DNA of 62,079 nucleotides, filler included. It is 7 parts of 7 records of this genome, joined end to end, with 100 filler letters (N's around TTAATTAATTAA, not from the genome) between each part and the next. Parts side by side here need not be neighbours in the genome. Positions count along the whole stretch, not along the records: positions 39,601 to 50,294 come from SRR2962707_2996; 6 more parts are not named here. One strand, given 5' to 3'. Positions 40,501-50,294 of the stretch are shown piece by piece. Under the pieces are notes generated by a model. That model made no database searches, had not been told where the DNA came from, and was given only the letters and a program-made list of their open reading frames with translations. Both the position numbers and the translations under genes were made by a program. Positions within the stretch are counted from its first letter, which is position 1. Each line of letters opens with the position of its first letter.

Positions 40501-41787
40501 ATGAAATCTGTACCCATGCTTTCCAGCGCCTTCCTGCACCCGGCCGGGGAATCCCTGCCGGAGCCGTTGCTGGCGCTGCGCAAGGAGCGGGCCAGCGCGC
40601 TGGTGGATATGCCGCTGCCTACTCGCAAGACCGAGAACTGGAAGTACTCCAGCAAGTACCTGAAGCTGGCCGACGATATGGCCATTTCCCTGCCGGCCGA
40701 AGGCAAGACCGGCAACAGTCTCGCTGTGCCCGGCTACAAAGTGGTTTTCATCAACGGCGTGATGATTCCTGAAGCCAGCGAGTACCCGGATCTCGACGGT
40801 ATCGAGATCCTGAGCTTCAACGATCTGGCTAACGGCGAAGCTGAAGCCCTGTCTGCAAAACTGGGCAGCACCCTGAATCACGACCAGGTTCAATTCGCTC
40901 GCCTGAACGGGGCGCGCTTCGAAGATGGCCTGTTCATTCGCCTGAAACCCGGCGCGGTGCTGGATCAGCCGTTGTTCATCATCCATGAAACCAGCGCTGA
41001 CGCCAGCGGCTCCGCCTATCCACGTATCTACGTGGAAGCCGGCGCCAACAGCCAGCTGACCCTGGTAGAGGAGTACACCTCCAGTGGTGAAGCATCCGCC
41101 TTGGTCAGCACAGTAACCGAATTCAATCTGGCCGATGGCGCCAACGTCACCAGCATCCGCCTGAACATGGAAGGCGAGAATGTTCAGCACATTGGCGCTA
41201 CCGGGGTACTGCAACAACGCAGCTCGCGCTTCGAGAGCCATTGCGTTGGTTTTGGCGGCCCCCTGCGCCGGCACGATCTGCAGGTGCGGCTTGAAGGCGA
41301 AGGTGCGGAAACCAAGCTCAATGGCGTGGTGGTTACCCAGGGCAAACAGCACTACGACAACCACACGTCTATTGACCATGTCGCGGTCCACTGCAACAGC
41401 GAAGAGACCTATCGCAATATTGCAGCCGACCAGTCCCATGCCGTGTTCAACGGCCGGATTCATATCCACCAGGACGCCCAGAAGTCCAATGCGGATATGA
41501 ACAACAAGAACCTGCTGCTGTCCAACGGAGCAGAGATTGACACCAAACCGGAACTGGAAATCTACGCCGACGATGTGAAGTGTGCGCACGGCGCCACCAT
41601 CGGTCAGCTGGACGAGACTTCCGTGTTCTACCTGGTATCGCGCGGGATCGGCCGCCGGCAGGCCAATGTTCTGCTCACCATGGCGTTCATTAACGAACTG
41701 GTGCAACAGATTCCAGTGGAAGCCGTGCGTGAAACCGCCCAGGCGCGGTTAAGTGATTTCTTTGAGCAAACCTTTCAGGAGGCCTGA
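40501..41787 (+). CDS. sufD: Fe-S cluster assembly protein SufD
   Basis: PTRKTENWKYS, VFNGRI, NLLLS..AEIDTKPELEIYADDVKCAHGATIGQLD...FYLVSRGI. SD aggagg upstream. Confidence 0.96.
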   Translation: MKSVPMLSSAFLHPAGESLPEPLLALRKERASALVDMPLPTRKTENWKYSSKYLKLADDMAISLPAEGKTGNSLAVPGYKVVFINGVMIPEASEYPDLDGIEILSFNDLANGEAEALSAKLGSTLNHDQVQFARLNGARFEDGLFIRLKPGAVLDQPLFIIHETSADASGSAYPRIYVEAGANSQLTLVEEYTSSGEASALVSTVTEFNLADGANVTSIRLNMEGENVQHIGATGVLQQRSSRFESHCVGFGGPLRRHDLQVRLEGEGAETKLNGVVVTQGKQHYDNHTSIDHVAVHCNSEETYRNIAADQSHAVFNGRIHIHQDAQKSNADMNNKNLLLSNGAEIDTKPELEIYADDVKCAHGATIGQLDETSVFYLVSRGIGRRQANVLLTMAFINELVQQIPVEAVRETAQARLSDFFEQTFQEA

Positions 41788-41792
41788 GGGGC

Positions 41793-43046
41793 ATGACTGA
41801 TCTGTCCATGGCAAACAACACCCAGTCAATGGTGTTTGATGTGCAAGCCATTCGCCGTGACTTCCCGATTCTCAATCAGGAGATCAACGGGAAGCCGCTG
41901 GTATATCTGGACAACGGCGCGTCGGCGCAAAAGCCACAGTCTGTACTGGATGCCATGGATCGCTATTACCGCGAGATGCACTCCAATGTGCACCGTGGCG
42001 CCCATACCCTGGGTGATCGTGCGACGGCTGCTTTTGAAGGCGCCCGGGATACCGTGCGCCAGTTTCTGAACGCGTCCAGCACCCGAGAAATCATCTGGAC
42101 CCGAGGCACCACGGAAGCCATCAACCTGGTGGCCAATGGCCTGGCCCCGCGCCTGAAAGCCGGCGATGAGATTCTGGTCAGCCACATGGAACACCACGCA
42201 AACATTGTGCCCTGGCAGATGGTGGCCGAGCGCACCGGCGCCAGGGTTGTGCCCATCCAGGTGACACCGCAAGGCGAGCTGGACCTGGATTCGTTCAACA
42301 GCCTGCTGAACGAGCGCACCCGGGTGCTGGCGATCACCCACGTCTCCAACGCGCTGGGCACCGTCAACCCAATAGCGCCCCTGATCGAACAGGCGAAAAA
42401 ACAGGGGGTACTGACCCTGGTGGATGGCGCCCAGGCGGTGCCCCACTTCCAGCCGGACGTTCAGGCTCTGGGCTGTGATTTCTATGCATTCTCTTCCCAC
42501 AAGCTGTTCGGGCCCACGGGCATTGGCGTACTTTATGGCCGAGCCGAACTGCTGGAAGAAATGCCGCCTTATCAGGGCGGTGGCGAAATGATTGAGCGGG
42601 TATCGTTCGAGCGAACCACCTGGAATGTGTTGCCCTACAAATTCGAGGCCGGAACCCCGGCTATTGCCGAAGCAGTGGGCCTGGGCGCCGCCATCGATTA
42701 TCTGAACTCGCTGAACCGAAAGGCCATGGAAGCAGCAGAGGATGCCTTGCTGCGCCGGGCCAATGAATTGGTCGAAACCGTGCCAGGCATGGAGATCATC
42801 GGTACCGCCGCCAAGAAGGTACCGGTGATGTCGTTCAAGATTGCCGGCCTGCACCCAAGCGACATCGGCACCCTGCTGGACCAGCAGGGCATCGCCATCC
42901 GCACCGGCCACCATTGCGCCATGCCATTGATGGATTTCTACGGAGTACCCGGTACAGCCCGGGCTTCGTTTGCGTTCTACAATACGCTGGAAGAGGTCGA
43001 GAAACTGTTTACCGGCCTGCAAAAGATTCAGCGCCTGTTTGCCTGA
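41793..43046 (+). CDS. sufS: SufS-type cysteine desulfurase
   Basis: LVYLDNGASAQKP, MEHHANIVPWQ, DGAQ, PLP lysine in SSHKLFGPTG, catalytic RTGHHCA. Confidence 0.96.
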   Translation: MTDLSMANNTQSMVFDVQAIRRDFPILNQEINGKPLVYLDNGASAQKPQSVLDAMDRYYREMHSNVHRGAHTLGDRATAAFEGARDTVRQFLNASSTREIIWTRGTTEAINLVANGLAPRLKAGDEILVSHMEHHANIVPWQMVAERTGARVVPIQVTPQGELDLDSFNSLLNERTRVLAITHVSNALGTVNPIAPLIEQAKKQGVLTLVDGAQAVPHFQPDVQALGCDFYAFSSHKLFGPTGIGVLYGRAELLEEMPPYQGGGEMIERVSFERTTWNVLPYKFEAGTPAIAEAVGLGAAIDYLNSLNRKAMEAAEDALLRRANELVETVPGMEIIGTAAKKVPVMSFKIAGLHPSDIGTLLDQQGIAIRTGHHCAMPLMDFYGVPGTARASFAFYNTLEEVEKLFTGLQKIQRLFA

Positions 43047-43058
43047 GGAGGTGGAAAC

Positions 43059-43415
43059 ATGACAGCCGAAGTCTTCACCCCAAGCGATGTGCACGTGACC
43101 ATGACCCCTACGGCGGTCAAACACGTTCGCAAACAACTGGACAAGAAACCGGAAGCCAAGGGCATTCGCCTGGCCATCAAAAAGAGTGGCTGTTCCGGTT
43201 TCAAGTACGAAACCCAGTGGGTAGAAACACCGGAATCCGATGACCGTATTTTTACCATCGACGGCGTGGACGTGTTCGTAAAGCAGGAACACCTGCCGCT
43301 GGTGAACGGCATCGAAATCGACTTTGTCACCGAGGGTGTGAACTCCCTGTTCCGCTTCCGCAACCCCAACGCCACCGCTGAGTGCGGCTGTGGTGAAAGC
43401 TTCACGGTGGCGTAA
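43059..43415 (+). CDS. sufA: A-type Fe-S carrier (SufA/IscA/HesB family)
   Basis: KSGCSGFKY and NPNATAECGCGESF. Confidence 0.93.
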   Translation: MTAEVFTPSDVHVTMTPTAVKHVRKQLDKKPEAKGIRLAIKKSGCSGFKYETQWVETPESDDRIFTIDGVDVFVKQEHLPLVNGIEIDFVTEGVNSLFRFRNPNATAECGCGESFTVA

Positions 43416-43440
43416 AGCACAAAGATAGGACTGATCAAAC

Positions 43441-43983
43441 ATGCAAGAACGCGAAGTCGTCCTGACCAAACGCGAAGTGGAAGCCCGCCTGGTACCTGCC
43501 GGAACGGAAATCATGATTCCGTCAGACACCTTTGTGACCATTACCCAATCCCTCGGCGGTAGCTTCACCGTGGCGGTCAACGGCAATCTTGCCCGCATTG
43601 AAGGCCACGACGCCGATGCCCTGGGCAAGCAGCCGCTGGAAAGCAGCTTCGAGACCCCGGAAGACGGCACCATCAACGAAAACCAGGTATGGGAAGCGCT
43701 GCGTAACTGCTACGACCCGGAAATCCCGGTGGACGTAGTCAACCTCGGCCTGATTTACGAATGCCGGATTGAGAACGGCACAGAAGACGGCAATCACGTT
43801 TACATCAAAATGACCCTGACCGCAGCTGGCTGCGGCATGGGGCCTGTAATCACCGACGATGTGAAGCGAAAGGTGGAGCATGTCCCCAATGTGGACAAGG
43901 TTACCGTTGAGCTCACCTTTGATCCGCCCTGGAACAACGATATGCTCACCGACGAAGCCAAACTCGAACTGGGAATGCTATGA
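43441..43983 (+). CDS. sufT: Fe-S assembly protein SufT (DUF59)
   Basis: ITQSLGGSFTV, CYDPEIPVDVVNLGLIY, MTLTAAGCGMG, FDPPW...EAKLELGM. Confidence 0.92.
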   Translation: MQEREVVLTKREVEARLVPAGTEIMIPSDTFVTITQSLGGSFTVAVNGNLARIEGHDADALGKQPLESSFETPEDGTINENQVWEALRNCYDPEIPVDVVNLGLIYECRIENGTEDGNHVYIKMTLTAAGCGMGPVITDDVKRKVEHVPNVDKVTVELTFDPPWNNDMLTDEAKLELGML

Positions 43984-44438
43984 CCGCCAGCAAGGAACAA
44001 TTTCTGAACAATCCCCTGGGCAAAGACACCACCCTTGAAGACGTTCTGGATGCATTTGAGTTTCTGGACGACTGGGAAGAACGCTACGCCTACATCATCG
44101 ACCTGGGCAAACAGCTGCCAGGTTTTCCCGATGATGAGAGGGTTGAAGAAAATTACGTGCATGGCTGCCAGAGTCAGGTATGGCTGATTCACCTGTACGA
44201 TGAGGACAGTGGCAAACTGTTCCTGCTGATCGATTCCGATGCCATGATTGTGCGCGGCCTGGCCGCCATCATTCTGGTGGCCCTGAACGGCAAGACGCCT
44301 CGAGAGCTGCTGGCCACCGATATCGATGAGCTGTTCGAGCAGTTGGATCTGTTCCGCCATATTTCCCCGACCCGGGGCAACGGCCTGCGGGCCATGGTCG
44401 GCAAGATCCGGGATATTGCGGCGGCCGAGGCCGCCTGA
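43980..44438 (+). CDS. sufE: Sulfur acceptor SufE
   Basis: WEERYAYIIDLGK, VHGCQSQVW, DSDAMIVRGL, ISPTRGNGL. Overlaps the sufT stop by 4 nt. Confidence 0.94.
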   Translation: MTASKEQFLNNPLGKDTTLEDVLDAFEFLDDWEERYAYIIDLGKQLPGFPDDERVEENYVHGCQSQVWLIHLYDEDSGKLFLLIDSDAMIVRGLAAIILVALNGKTPRELLATDIDELFEQLDLFRHISPTRGNGLRAMVGKIRDIAAAEAA

Positions 44439-44441
44439 GAC

Positions 44442-45653
44442 TTACCAGATAATGGCCAGGTCATCGCGCTGAACGTTGATCAGACCACCTTCCGTGGGGA
44501 TTCGCCCGTTACTGAAATCCGGATGCACGTTGTCCAGTGTCAGCGTCACCCCGGTATCGGACAGTTCGGGCGTACCGTCCAATGAATCAAAGTACCGCTG
44601 GCTGCGGTACAGATCGAGTTCATCCCCCGGTCGCAGCCCCGCCGTTGCGCCGGAGGCGAGGGTCACCCGGTTGCCATCCACACGGGTTATCCGGGCCATG
44701 AATGGCTGACAGGCCAGAGCATTGTTGACGGCGGCGGTCATCTCGGCAATGACACCTTCAACCGCCTGCCCCCACTCGGAACCTTCAAAGCCCGCCGAGG
44801 CAAAACCTCCGGTACCACTGCCATCCGGCAGCCACCGTGCCGAGGTTTCAAACCGCTGCCGGAAGACCGGGGAACCGCTGAAGCCATCAAACACCATCAC
44901 TTCGGCCTCAAACCGGCGCGAGGTGTCGGCCATCCCGATACCTCGCTGCATACGATCCAGAATTGAGCTGCCCCAGGCGCCGGGGTCGGCCAGGCCAATA
45001 TCCCGAATCACACCTGCCACCACAAACTGAGCCCCCAGTTCCCGGGCCAGTTGAACCACATTCGTCAGCTGATTGCTGGCCGGGTTTTTCTGAGACGTGG
45101 GCGCATCCGGCAGATTGCTGAACAGCTGTAACGATGTCGCCCCCAGCACCTGCAATTGCCCCTGTTGTTGCAAGCGAGCCACCAGTTCCCGCGGCAACTG
45201 TTCGCCGGCGTCATCCAGGGCCGCACCGCCACCCTGCTCCGGACGGGTGATCGGGAACGCGGTTACCGCCACCCGTTTACGCAAACCGGATGCCTGCCCG
45301 GCCTTGCAGCTGCCAGCCTTGCCTTTGGCATCCGACATCTCTGCCCGGACAATCACCCTCAGCAGATTGCCACTTCGGTACTCATCCACAATCGTGGCAT
45401 TGCGAACCTGGGCCGTGGCCGACAGCTCGGTATGAGAGCCCACAAGCTGACCGTTCTCCATGGTATCCCGGGTGCTGACCCTGGCCTGATATTGCAGCGC
45501 CAGGTCGCGCATCGCCGCCTGGCGCGCCTCAGTGCGGGCCTGATCGAGATTATTCTCCCGGATATTGGCATGCCCCACGCCTTCAAGGACCACGCCTTGG
45601 GCAAGGCCGGTACACAAGCTCAGCACCCAGAACAGAAGCATTGATCTCATCAT
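44442..45653 (-). CDS. flgT: Flagellar assembly protein FlgT-like (periplasmic, H-ring associated)
   Basis: Signal peptide. N-domain EGVGHA..NLDQARTEARQAA. AQFVVAGVIRDI, VMVFDGFSG, LACQPFMARITRVDG, GLRPGDEL, C-terminal VQRDDL. Confidence 0.78.
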   Translation of the reverse strand: MMRSMLLFWVLSLCTGLAQGVVLEGVGHANIRENNLDQARTEARQAAMRDLALQYQARVSTRDTMENGQLVGSHTELSATAQVRNATIVDEYRSGNLLRVIVRAEMSDAKGKAGSCKAGQASGLRKRVAVTAFPITRPEQGGGAALDDAGEQLPRELVARLQQQGQLQVLGATSLQLFSNLPDAPTSQKNPASNQLTNVVQLARELGAQFVVAGVIRDIGLADPGAWGSSILDRMQRGIGMADTSRRFEAEVMVFDGFSGSPVFRQRFETSARWLPDGSGTGGFASAGFEGSEWGQAVEGVIAEMTAAVNNALACQPFMARITRVDGNRVTLASGATAGLRPGDELDLYRSQRYFDSLDGTPELSDTGVTLTLDNVHPDFSNGRIPTEGGLINVQRDDLAIIW

Positions 45654-45708
45654 GGCAATTCAACCCACCGGAACGATACCGGTTCAATCACGGCGTTCAT
45701 CAACAGAC

Positions 45709-46245
45709 CTAATCCAGGTAGTACAGTGAATCTGTGCGACGGGCCTCAACATCCCCTACACGATCATTCCGCCTGGGCATGGGAATGGCACAGACATCCT
45801 GCACCTGATCGTCCGCCACCTTCGCCACACATTCCCGAAACCTTGGCTCCAGGCGCAGCTCCATCACCGTTTCCACCGCGCCATCGCTATGCTCATTCAC
45901 CGCCACCATCCGGGCGCCGCGAATGTAGCTGTCCACATAGGTGCGGAAACTGTCGTTCTGCAGAACGAAGTCATTCACCGTGGAACTGCCGTAGATCACG
46001 GTACCGTAGACCCGCTCTGCCAGATTCCGGTAGGCATCCAGCTGTGAAGCCCTTCGAGCCAGTAACCGCTTGCGGGTATTGACCCGGTCGGCCTGAACAT
46101 TCTCATAAGTACCAAAACCACTGACCCGAACCGTAATGGGCTCAAAGGTTTCGGTCTTGGTCTGATCGTTCCGGTAGCTGCCTACCGGCGCACAGGCGGC
46201 CACGGCAAATGCCAGAACAGGAACAAGGATCCAGCGCAACGTCAT
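45709..46245 (-). CDS. flgP: LPP20/FlgP-like lipoprotein
   Basis: Start MTLRWILVPV with lipobox VAAC and ggag SD. FlgP-type motifs RLLARRASQLDAYRNLAERVYG and FRTYVDSYIRGAR. Adjacent to flgT. Confidence 0.78.
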   Translation of the reverse strand: MTLRWILVPVLAFAVAACAPVGSYRNDQTKTETFEPITVRVSGFGTYENVQADRVNTRKRLLARRASQLDAYRNLAERVYGTVIYGSSTVNDFVLQNDSFRTYVDSYIRGARMVAVNEHSDGAVETVMELRLEPRFRECVAKVADDQVQDVCAIPMPRRNDRVGDVEARRTDSLYYLD

Positions 46246-46340
46246 TATCTTGTCTCCGGAAAACACTTTCACCAGAACCATGAAAGAATCACGCCACATT
46301 CGACAAGCCAATGATCTTTGGACGGTTTCGATTATTCAGC

Positions 46341-46355
46341 GCAACTCTTTGCCCA
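46341..46355 (-). promoter_or_regulatory. Possible sigma-54 (-24/-12) promoter for flgP-flgT
   Basis: Minus strand TGGGCAAAGAGTTGC has the GG-N10-GC spacing with TGG and TTGC, ~95 nt upstream of the flgP ATG. The middle bases deviate from consensus. Confidence 0.3.
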
Positions 46356-46496
46356 TGCAGGCGGCAAAAAGCTGCCTTTGTTTACACATACAGAACAAAC
46401 CGTTACCGGTTGTGCGCTGTGTCACGAAATAAACTGGTCTAACCTTTCAGACACTTAATGATTTGTTCATGCAATAAAACCAATTCAGGACCGCCC

Positions 46497-47750
46497 ATGA
46501 AAGCAAACCGCCCCAGCAAACTGTCCCTGGCCATCGGCCTGTCTGTTGCCACCACGTCTGCACTGGCAAGCCCGCAAGCCTTTATGTCTGCCCGCTCCTT
46601 CGCCATGGGCGGAACCGGTGTTGCCGTTGCCCACCCCTCTGCTGCACCGAGTGCCAACCCGGCCATGATGGCTGCTGAACAGCAAGACTGGGCAGACGAT
46701 TTCGGCCTGATGCTGCCGTCTGTGAATGCGCGTGCGGCCGATGAGGAAGAGGTGATTGATCAGGTTGATGATATCCAGGACCAGATCGAGCAGTTTGAGG
46801 ACCTGAAGTTTTCCAATCAAGCCGATGCCCAGGCCAAAGCACGGCAACTCGTAGACAACCTGGAAGCCTTTGACCGCGACACCATGCGTGCCAATGCAGG
46901 CTTGGGACTTGGCCTTGCTATCCCCTCAAACTCCTTGTCCTTTGGCTTCTTCGCCAACGCCAATCTGACAGCGACTGTACGCGGTGAACTGGACGAAAAC
47001 GACCTTGACCTTCTAAATGACATCGCTAATGGCGTTCGCCCGCCCGCCACTACAGATCTTGATACAGAGCTGAACTCACGCGGCAGAATCCTGGCCTCTG
47101 CAGTAGCAGAAGCCGGCATCAGCATCGCTCACTCGTTTATGCTTTCTAATGGCAACGCATTGCAGCTTGGTGTCTCCCCCAAATACGTGCAACTACAAAC
47201 CTTCCAGTACACCGAAGAAATCTCAGACTTCGAGGATGATGATTTCGACAGTGACGAATACGAAACTGACAAAAGCGGCTTCAACCTGGACATCGGTGCT
47301 GCTTATGCCTTCGGTGCTGAAAACCAGTGGAACGCCGGCGTCGTCGTCAAAAACCTGATCCCGATGGAACTGGATTCGGCCCAGAATCATCCGAGCGAAG
47401 AAAAATACACCCTCGAACTCAACCCGATGGTCACCGCAGGTATCGCCCACAAGAGCGACTACCACGTAATCACGGCAGAAGTGGACCTGACCAAGAAAGA
47501 AGCCTTCGGGTATGAAGACGATACCCAGTGGCTGGCCCTGGGCGCGGAATTCGACGCCTGGCGTTACGCCCAGCTGCGCGCAGGTGTTCGCCACAATCTG
47601 GCCAGTAACGACGACAACGACGGCATCGAGGAAGACACTCAGTTCACCGCGGGTCTTGGCCTGAACATCATTGGTGTTCGCGTGGATATCGGCGCCCTGT
47701 ACAGCAGCGCCGATGTCGGCGCTGCCCTGGAACTCGGCACCTCCTTCTAA
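46497..47750 (+). CDS. TraF-family (TraF_2-like) exported outer-membrane beta-barrel-type protein
   Basis: Signal peptide. ARSFAMGGTGVA...ANPAMMA, GFNLDIGAAY, KNLIP, AQLRAGVRHN, FTAGLG. C-terminal Phe. Confidence 0.75.
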   Translation: MKANRPSKLSLAIGLSVATTSALASPQAFMSARSFAMGGTGVAVAHPSAAPSANPAMMAAEQQDWADDFGLMLPSVNARAADEEEVIDQVDDIQDQIEQFEDLKFSNQADAQAKARQLVDNLEAFDRDTMRANAGLGLGLAIPSNSLSFGFFANANLTATVRGELDENDLDLLNDIANGVRPPATTDLDTELNSRGRILASAVAEAGISIAHSFMLSNGNALQLGVSPKYVQLQTFQYTEEISDFEDDDFDSDEYETDKSGFNLDIGAAYAFGAENQWNAGVVVKNLIPMELDSAQNHPSEEKYTLELNPMVTAGIAHKSDYHVITAEVDLTKKEAFGYEDDTQWLALGAEFDAWRYAQLRAGVRHNLASNDDNDGIEEDTQFTAGLGLNIIGVRVDIGALYSSADVGAALELGTSF

Positions 47751-47769
47751 GCCGACGCCCCCGGCCGCA

Positions 47770-47809
47770 AAAGCCCGGTCTGCCCTGCGCAGCCCGGGCT
47801 TTCTTATTT
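47770..47809 (+). terminator. Rho-independent terminator-like hairpin after the TraF-family gene
   Basis: AAAGCCCGG (47770-47778) pairs with CCGGGCTTT (47794-47802), with an inner CTGC/GCAG pair and a T-rich tail. Confidence 0.75.
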
Positions 47810-47891
47810 CACGCTGCCTGTTTGCCTCTGGACGGTCGTGGCCGGATAATCGCGGTTACCGATGAATTGGCAATCAGGAACAAACTGCATT

Positions 47892-49013
47892 ATGCAAACC
47901 TATCTGGTGGGCGGCGCTGTCCGCGACAAGCTGCTCGGCCTGGGCGTTAAAGACCGGGACTGGGTAGTGGTTGGTGCCACCCCAGAAGACATGCTCCAGC
48001 GAGGCTTCAAACAGGTAGGGGCGGATTTTCCGGTTTTCCTGCATCCGGACACCGGCGAGGAATACGCCCTGGCCCGGACCGAGCGCAAGCAGGGGCGCGG
48101 GTACCACGGTTTCAGCGTTTACAGTGCACCGGATGTCTCCCTGGAAGACGATCTTCGCCGCCGTGACCTGACCATCAACGCCATGGCAGAAACCGAGAGC
48201 GGCGACCTGGTGGACCCGTTCAACGGCCATGCAGACCTGGAACAGAAAAAGCTTCGCCATGTGTCTGAGGCTTTCGCCGAAGATCCCCTGCGCATCCTTC
48301 GCACCGCCCGCTTCGCCGCGCGCCTGCAGCCACTCGGGTTCAGCATCTGCCGGGAGACCATGGCGCTGATGCGGCAGATGGTCACCAGTGGCGAACTCGG
48401 AGACCTGGTACCAGAGCGGGTGTGGCAGGAAGTTCAGAGGGCATTGCATGAACAGGCTCCAGGCGTGTTCTTCGATGTGCTCCGGGAGCTCGGCGCCCTG
48501 AAGGTGCTGATTCCTGAATTGACCGATGATCAGGCTTTCCGCCAGGGTCTCAGCGCCCTGCAGTGCATCCACCGCAAACAGGGGTCTACCGCCCAGCATT
48601 ACGCGGCCCTGCTCAGTGGCGTGCCCGAGCCAGACGCCGTTGCCAGGGCTAAAGCCATGAAAAGCCCCAACGACTGTCGGGAACTGACCCACCTGGCCTG
48701 CCTGTTCATGGCTCAGTTGAACGGCGCATCGCCTGAAACCCGGCTGACACCGGAACTCGCAATGGAGCTTCTGGACACAGCCGATTTCTGGCGCCGGCCC
48801 GATCGTTTCGGCGTTTTGCTGGGTACCCTCGCCTGCACCCTTCAGAGCGAACCCGCCCATTTAGTTCAGCAACTGGAACTGGCCGCACATCGAGCCCAGA
48901 GCGTAACCCCTCACCCGTTCCTGCAAAAAGGCATTCAGGGCAAAGCTCTGGGCGAAGCAATCCGGAAAGAGCGCGTAGCCCGTATTACTGAGGCACTGCA
49001 TTTACCGGAATAA
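47892..49013 (+). CDS. cca: tRNA nucleotidyltransferase (CCA-adding enzyme, class II), short form
   Basis: [53 protein letters not shown]. Confidence 0.94.
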   Translation: MQTYLVGGAVRDKLLGLGVKDRDWVVVGATPEDMLQRGFKQVGADFPVFLHPDTGEEYALARTERKQGRGYHGFSVYSAPDVSLEDDLRRRDLTINAMAETESGDLVDPFNGHADLEQKKLRHVSEAFAEDPLRILRTARFAARLQPLGFSICRETMALMRQMVTSGELGDLVPERVWQEVQRALHEQAPGVFFDVLRELGALKVLIPELTDDQAFRQGLSALQCIHRKQGSTAQHYAALLSGVPEPDAVARAKAMKSPNDCRELTHLACLFMAQLNGASPETRLTPELAMELLDTADFWRRPDRFGVLLGTLACTLQSEPAHLVQQLELAAHRAQSVTPHPFLQKGIQGKALGEAIRKERVARITEALHLPE

Positions 49014-49026
49014 GGAAAAATATCCC

Positions 49027-49767
49027 ATGCCCCACCCCGTCGCCCTGATCACCGGTGCAGCCCATCGCCTGGGCGCCCACACAGCAGAAACCCTGCATGC
49101 TCGCGGCTGGAATGTTGTGATTCATTACCGTGGCCGTCAACAACAGGCCCGCGCACTGGCCGACAAGCTGAACCAGCAGCGCCCGGAATCCGCCGTGTGT
49201 TACCACGCCGATCTCACCGACATGAACCAGCTCCGGCAACTGGCGGAACAGGCCTGCGCGCATTGGGGGCAGTTGAATGCGCTGGTCAATAACGCTTCCG
49301 TGTTTTACCCCAACCCCACCGAAGATGCCTCCGAACAGGACTGGGACACGATACTGGGCGCCAACCTGAAAGCCCCCTTCTTCCTCCTTCAGCAATGTTT
49401 GCCTGCGCTAAAAGCGGCCTCCGGCAGTGTGGTCAACATGATCGACATCTACAGTGAGAAACCACTGAAGGACCACCCCCTTTACTGCGCCAGCAAGGCG
49501 GGGCTGGCAGCACTAACCCGCTCCTGGGCCAAAGATCTGGCGCCGGATGTTCGGGTAAATGGCGTGTCGCCAGGCGCCATCCTCTGGCCGGAAGGCGAAT
49601 CAGCCGTGGACGCAGCCCACCAGCAGGCCATTCTCGATAAAACGCCCCTGGCCCGCACCGGCAACCCCGCCGACATTGCCGGTGCCATTGCCTACCTGGT
49701 ATGCGACGCGCCGTTTATCACCGGCCAGATACTGTCGGTGGATGGCGGCCGCAGCCTGAATATGTGA
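49027..49767 (+). CDS. folM: Pteridine reductase / dihydromonapterin reductase (SDR)
   Basis: TGAAHRLG, IHY, NNASVF, YCASKAG, VNGVSPG, VDGGRSL. Located next to cca. Confidence 0.8.
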   Translation: MPHPVALITGAAHRLGAHTAETLHARGWNVVIHYRGRQQQARALADKLNQQRPESAVCYHADLTDMNQLRQLAEQACAHWGQLNALVNNASVFYPNPTEDASEQDWDTILGANLKAPFFLLQQCLPALKAASGSVVNMIDIYSEKPLKDHPLYCASKAGLAALTRSWAKDLAPDVRVNGVSPGAILWPEGESAVDAAHQQAILDKTPLARTGNPADIAGAIAYLVCDAPFITGQILSVDGGRSLNM

Positions 49768-49892
49768 TCACCCGCACCAGAACAACCCCGACCTTCGTTG
49801 TTTTGGCCGGCAAGCGCTTTGCCGCTACAATGCCTGCCATTCTTATAAACGGGCGCCACCCAACCAGGTGCCCAGATTAACGGAGAGTTCTC

Positions 49893-50294
49893 ATGCGTGA
49901 TGTTGTTATTGTTGCCGCCAAACGTACCGCCATCGGCAGCTTCGGTGGTGGTCTGTCCAGCCTGCGTGCAGACCAGCTGGGTACGGCCGTGATCAAGGCC
50001 GTGATGGAAGAAACCGGTGTCGCCGGCGACCAGATCAATGAGGTTATCCTCGGCCAGGTACTCACCGCTGGCTGCGGCCAGAACCCGGCCCGACAGTCTG
50101 CCATTAATGCTGGCCTGCCAGCTTCCGTGCCCGCCATCACCATCAACAAGGTCTGTGGCTCCGGCCTGAAAGCCGTGCACATGGCGGTTCAGGCCATCCA
50201 GTGCGGAGATGCCGAGATGATTCTGGCCGGCGGTCAGGAAAGCATGAGCCAGGCGCCCCACGTTCTGCCCAACAGCCGCAACGGCCAGCGCATG
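49893..50294 (+). CDS. Acetyl-CoA C-acetyltransferase (thiolase, AtoB/PhaA type), truncated by contig end
   Basis: RTAIGSFGG, GQNPARQ, TINKVCGSGLKA, AGGQESMS. Confidence 0.92.

Larger units (their letters stand above)
39601..50294. other. Bacterial (gammaproteobacterial, Marinobacter-like) contig within a eukaryotic assembly
   Basis: Intronless, densely packed operons with Shine-Dalgarno sites (aggagg before sufD, gaggagg before sufA), bacterial gene content and linkers on both sides. The genus is my impression from gene order and codon style, not a search result. Confidence 0.93.

Noticed and set aside
40486-43676. Long antisense ORFs (406 aa, 616 aa) over sufD/sufS/sufA; similar ones over cca, TIM21, RNR1 and the EGF gene
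   Set aside because: Shadow ORFs produced by codon bias of well-supported genes on the other strand or frame. They contain no recognisable motifs.
39724-44438. SUF operon as horizontal transfer into the eukaryote
   Set aside because: It sits on its own contig with only bacterial neighbours, SD sites and no introns. There is no physical link to host DNA.
46497-47750. Conjugative element or ICE suggested by the TraF label
   Set aside because: No other tra genes, relaxase, integrase or att sites. The flanks are housekeeping genes.
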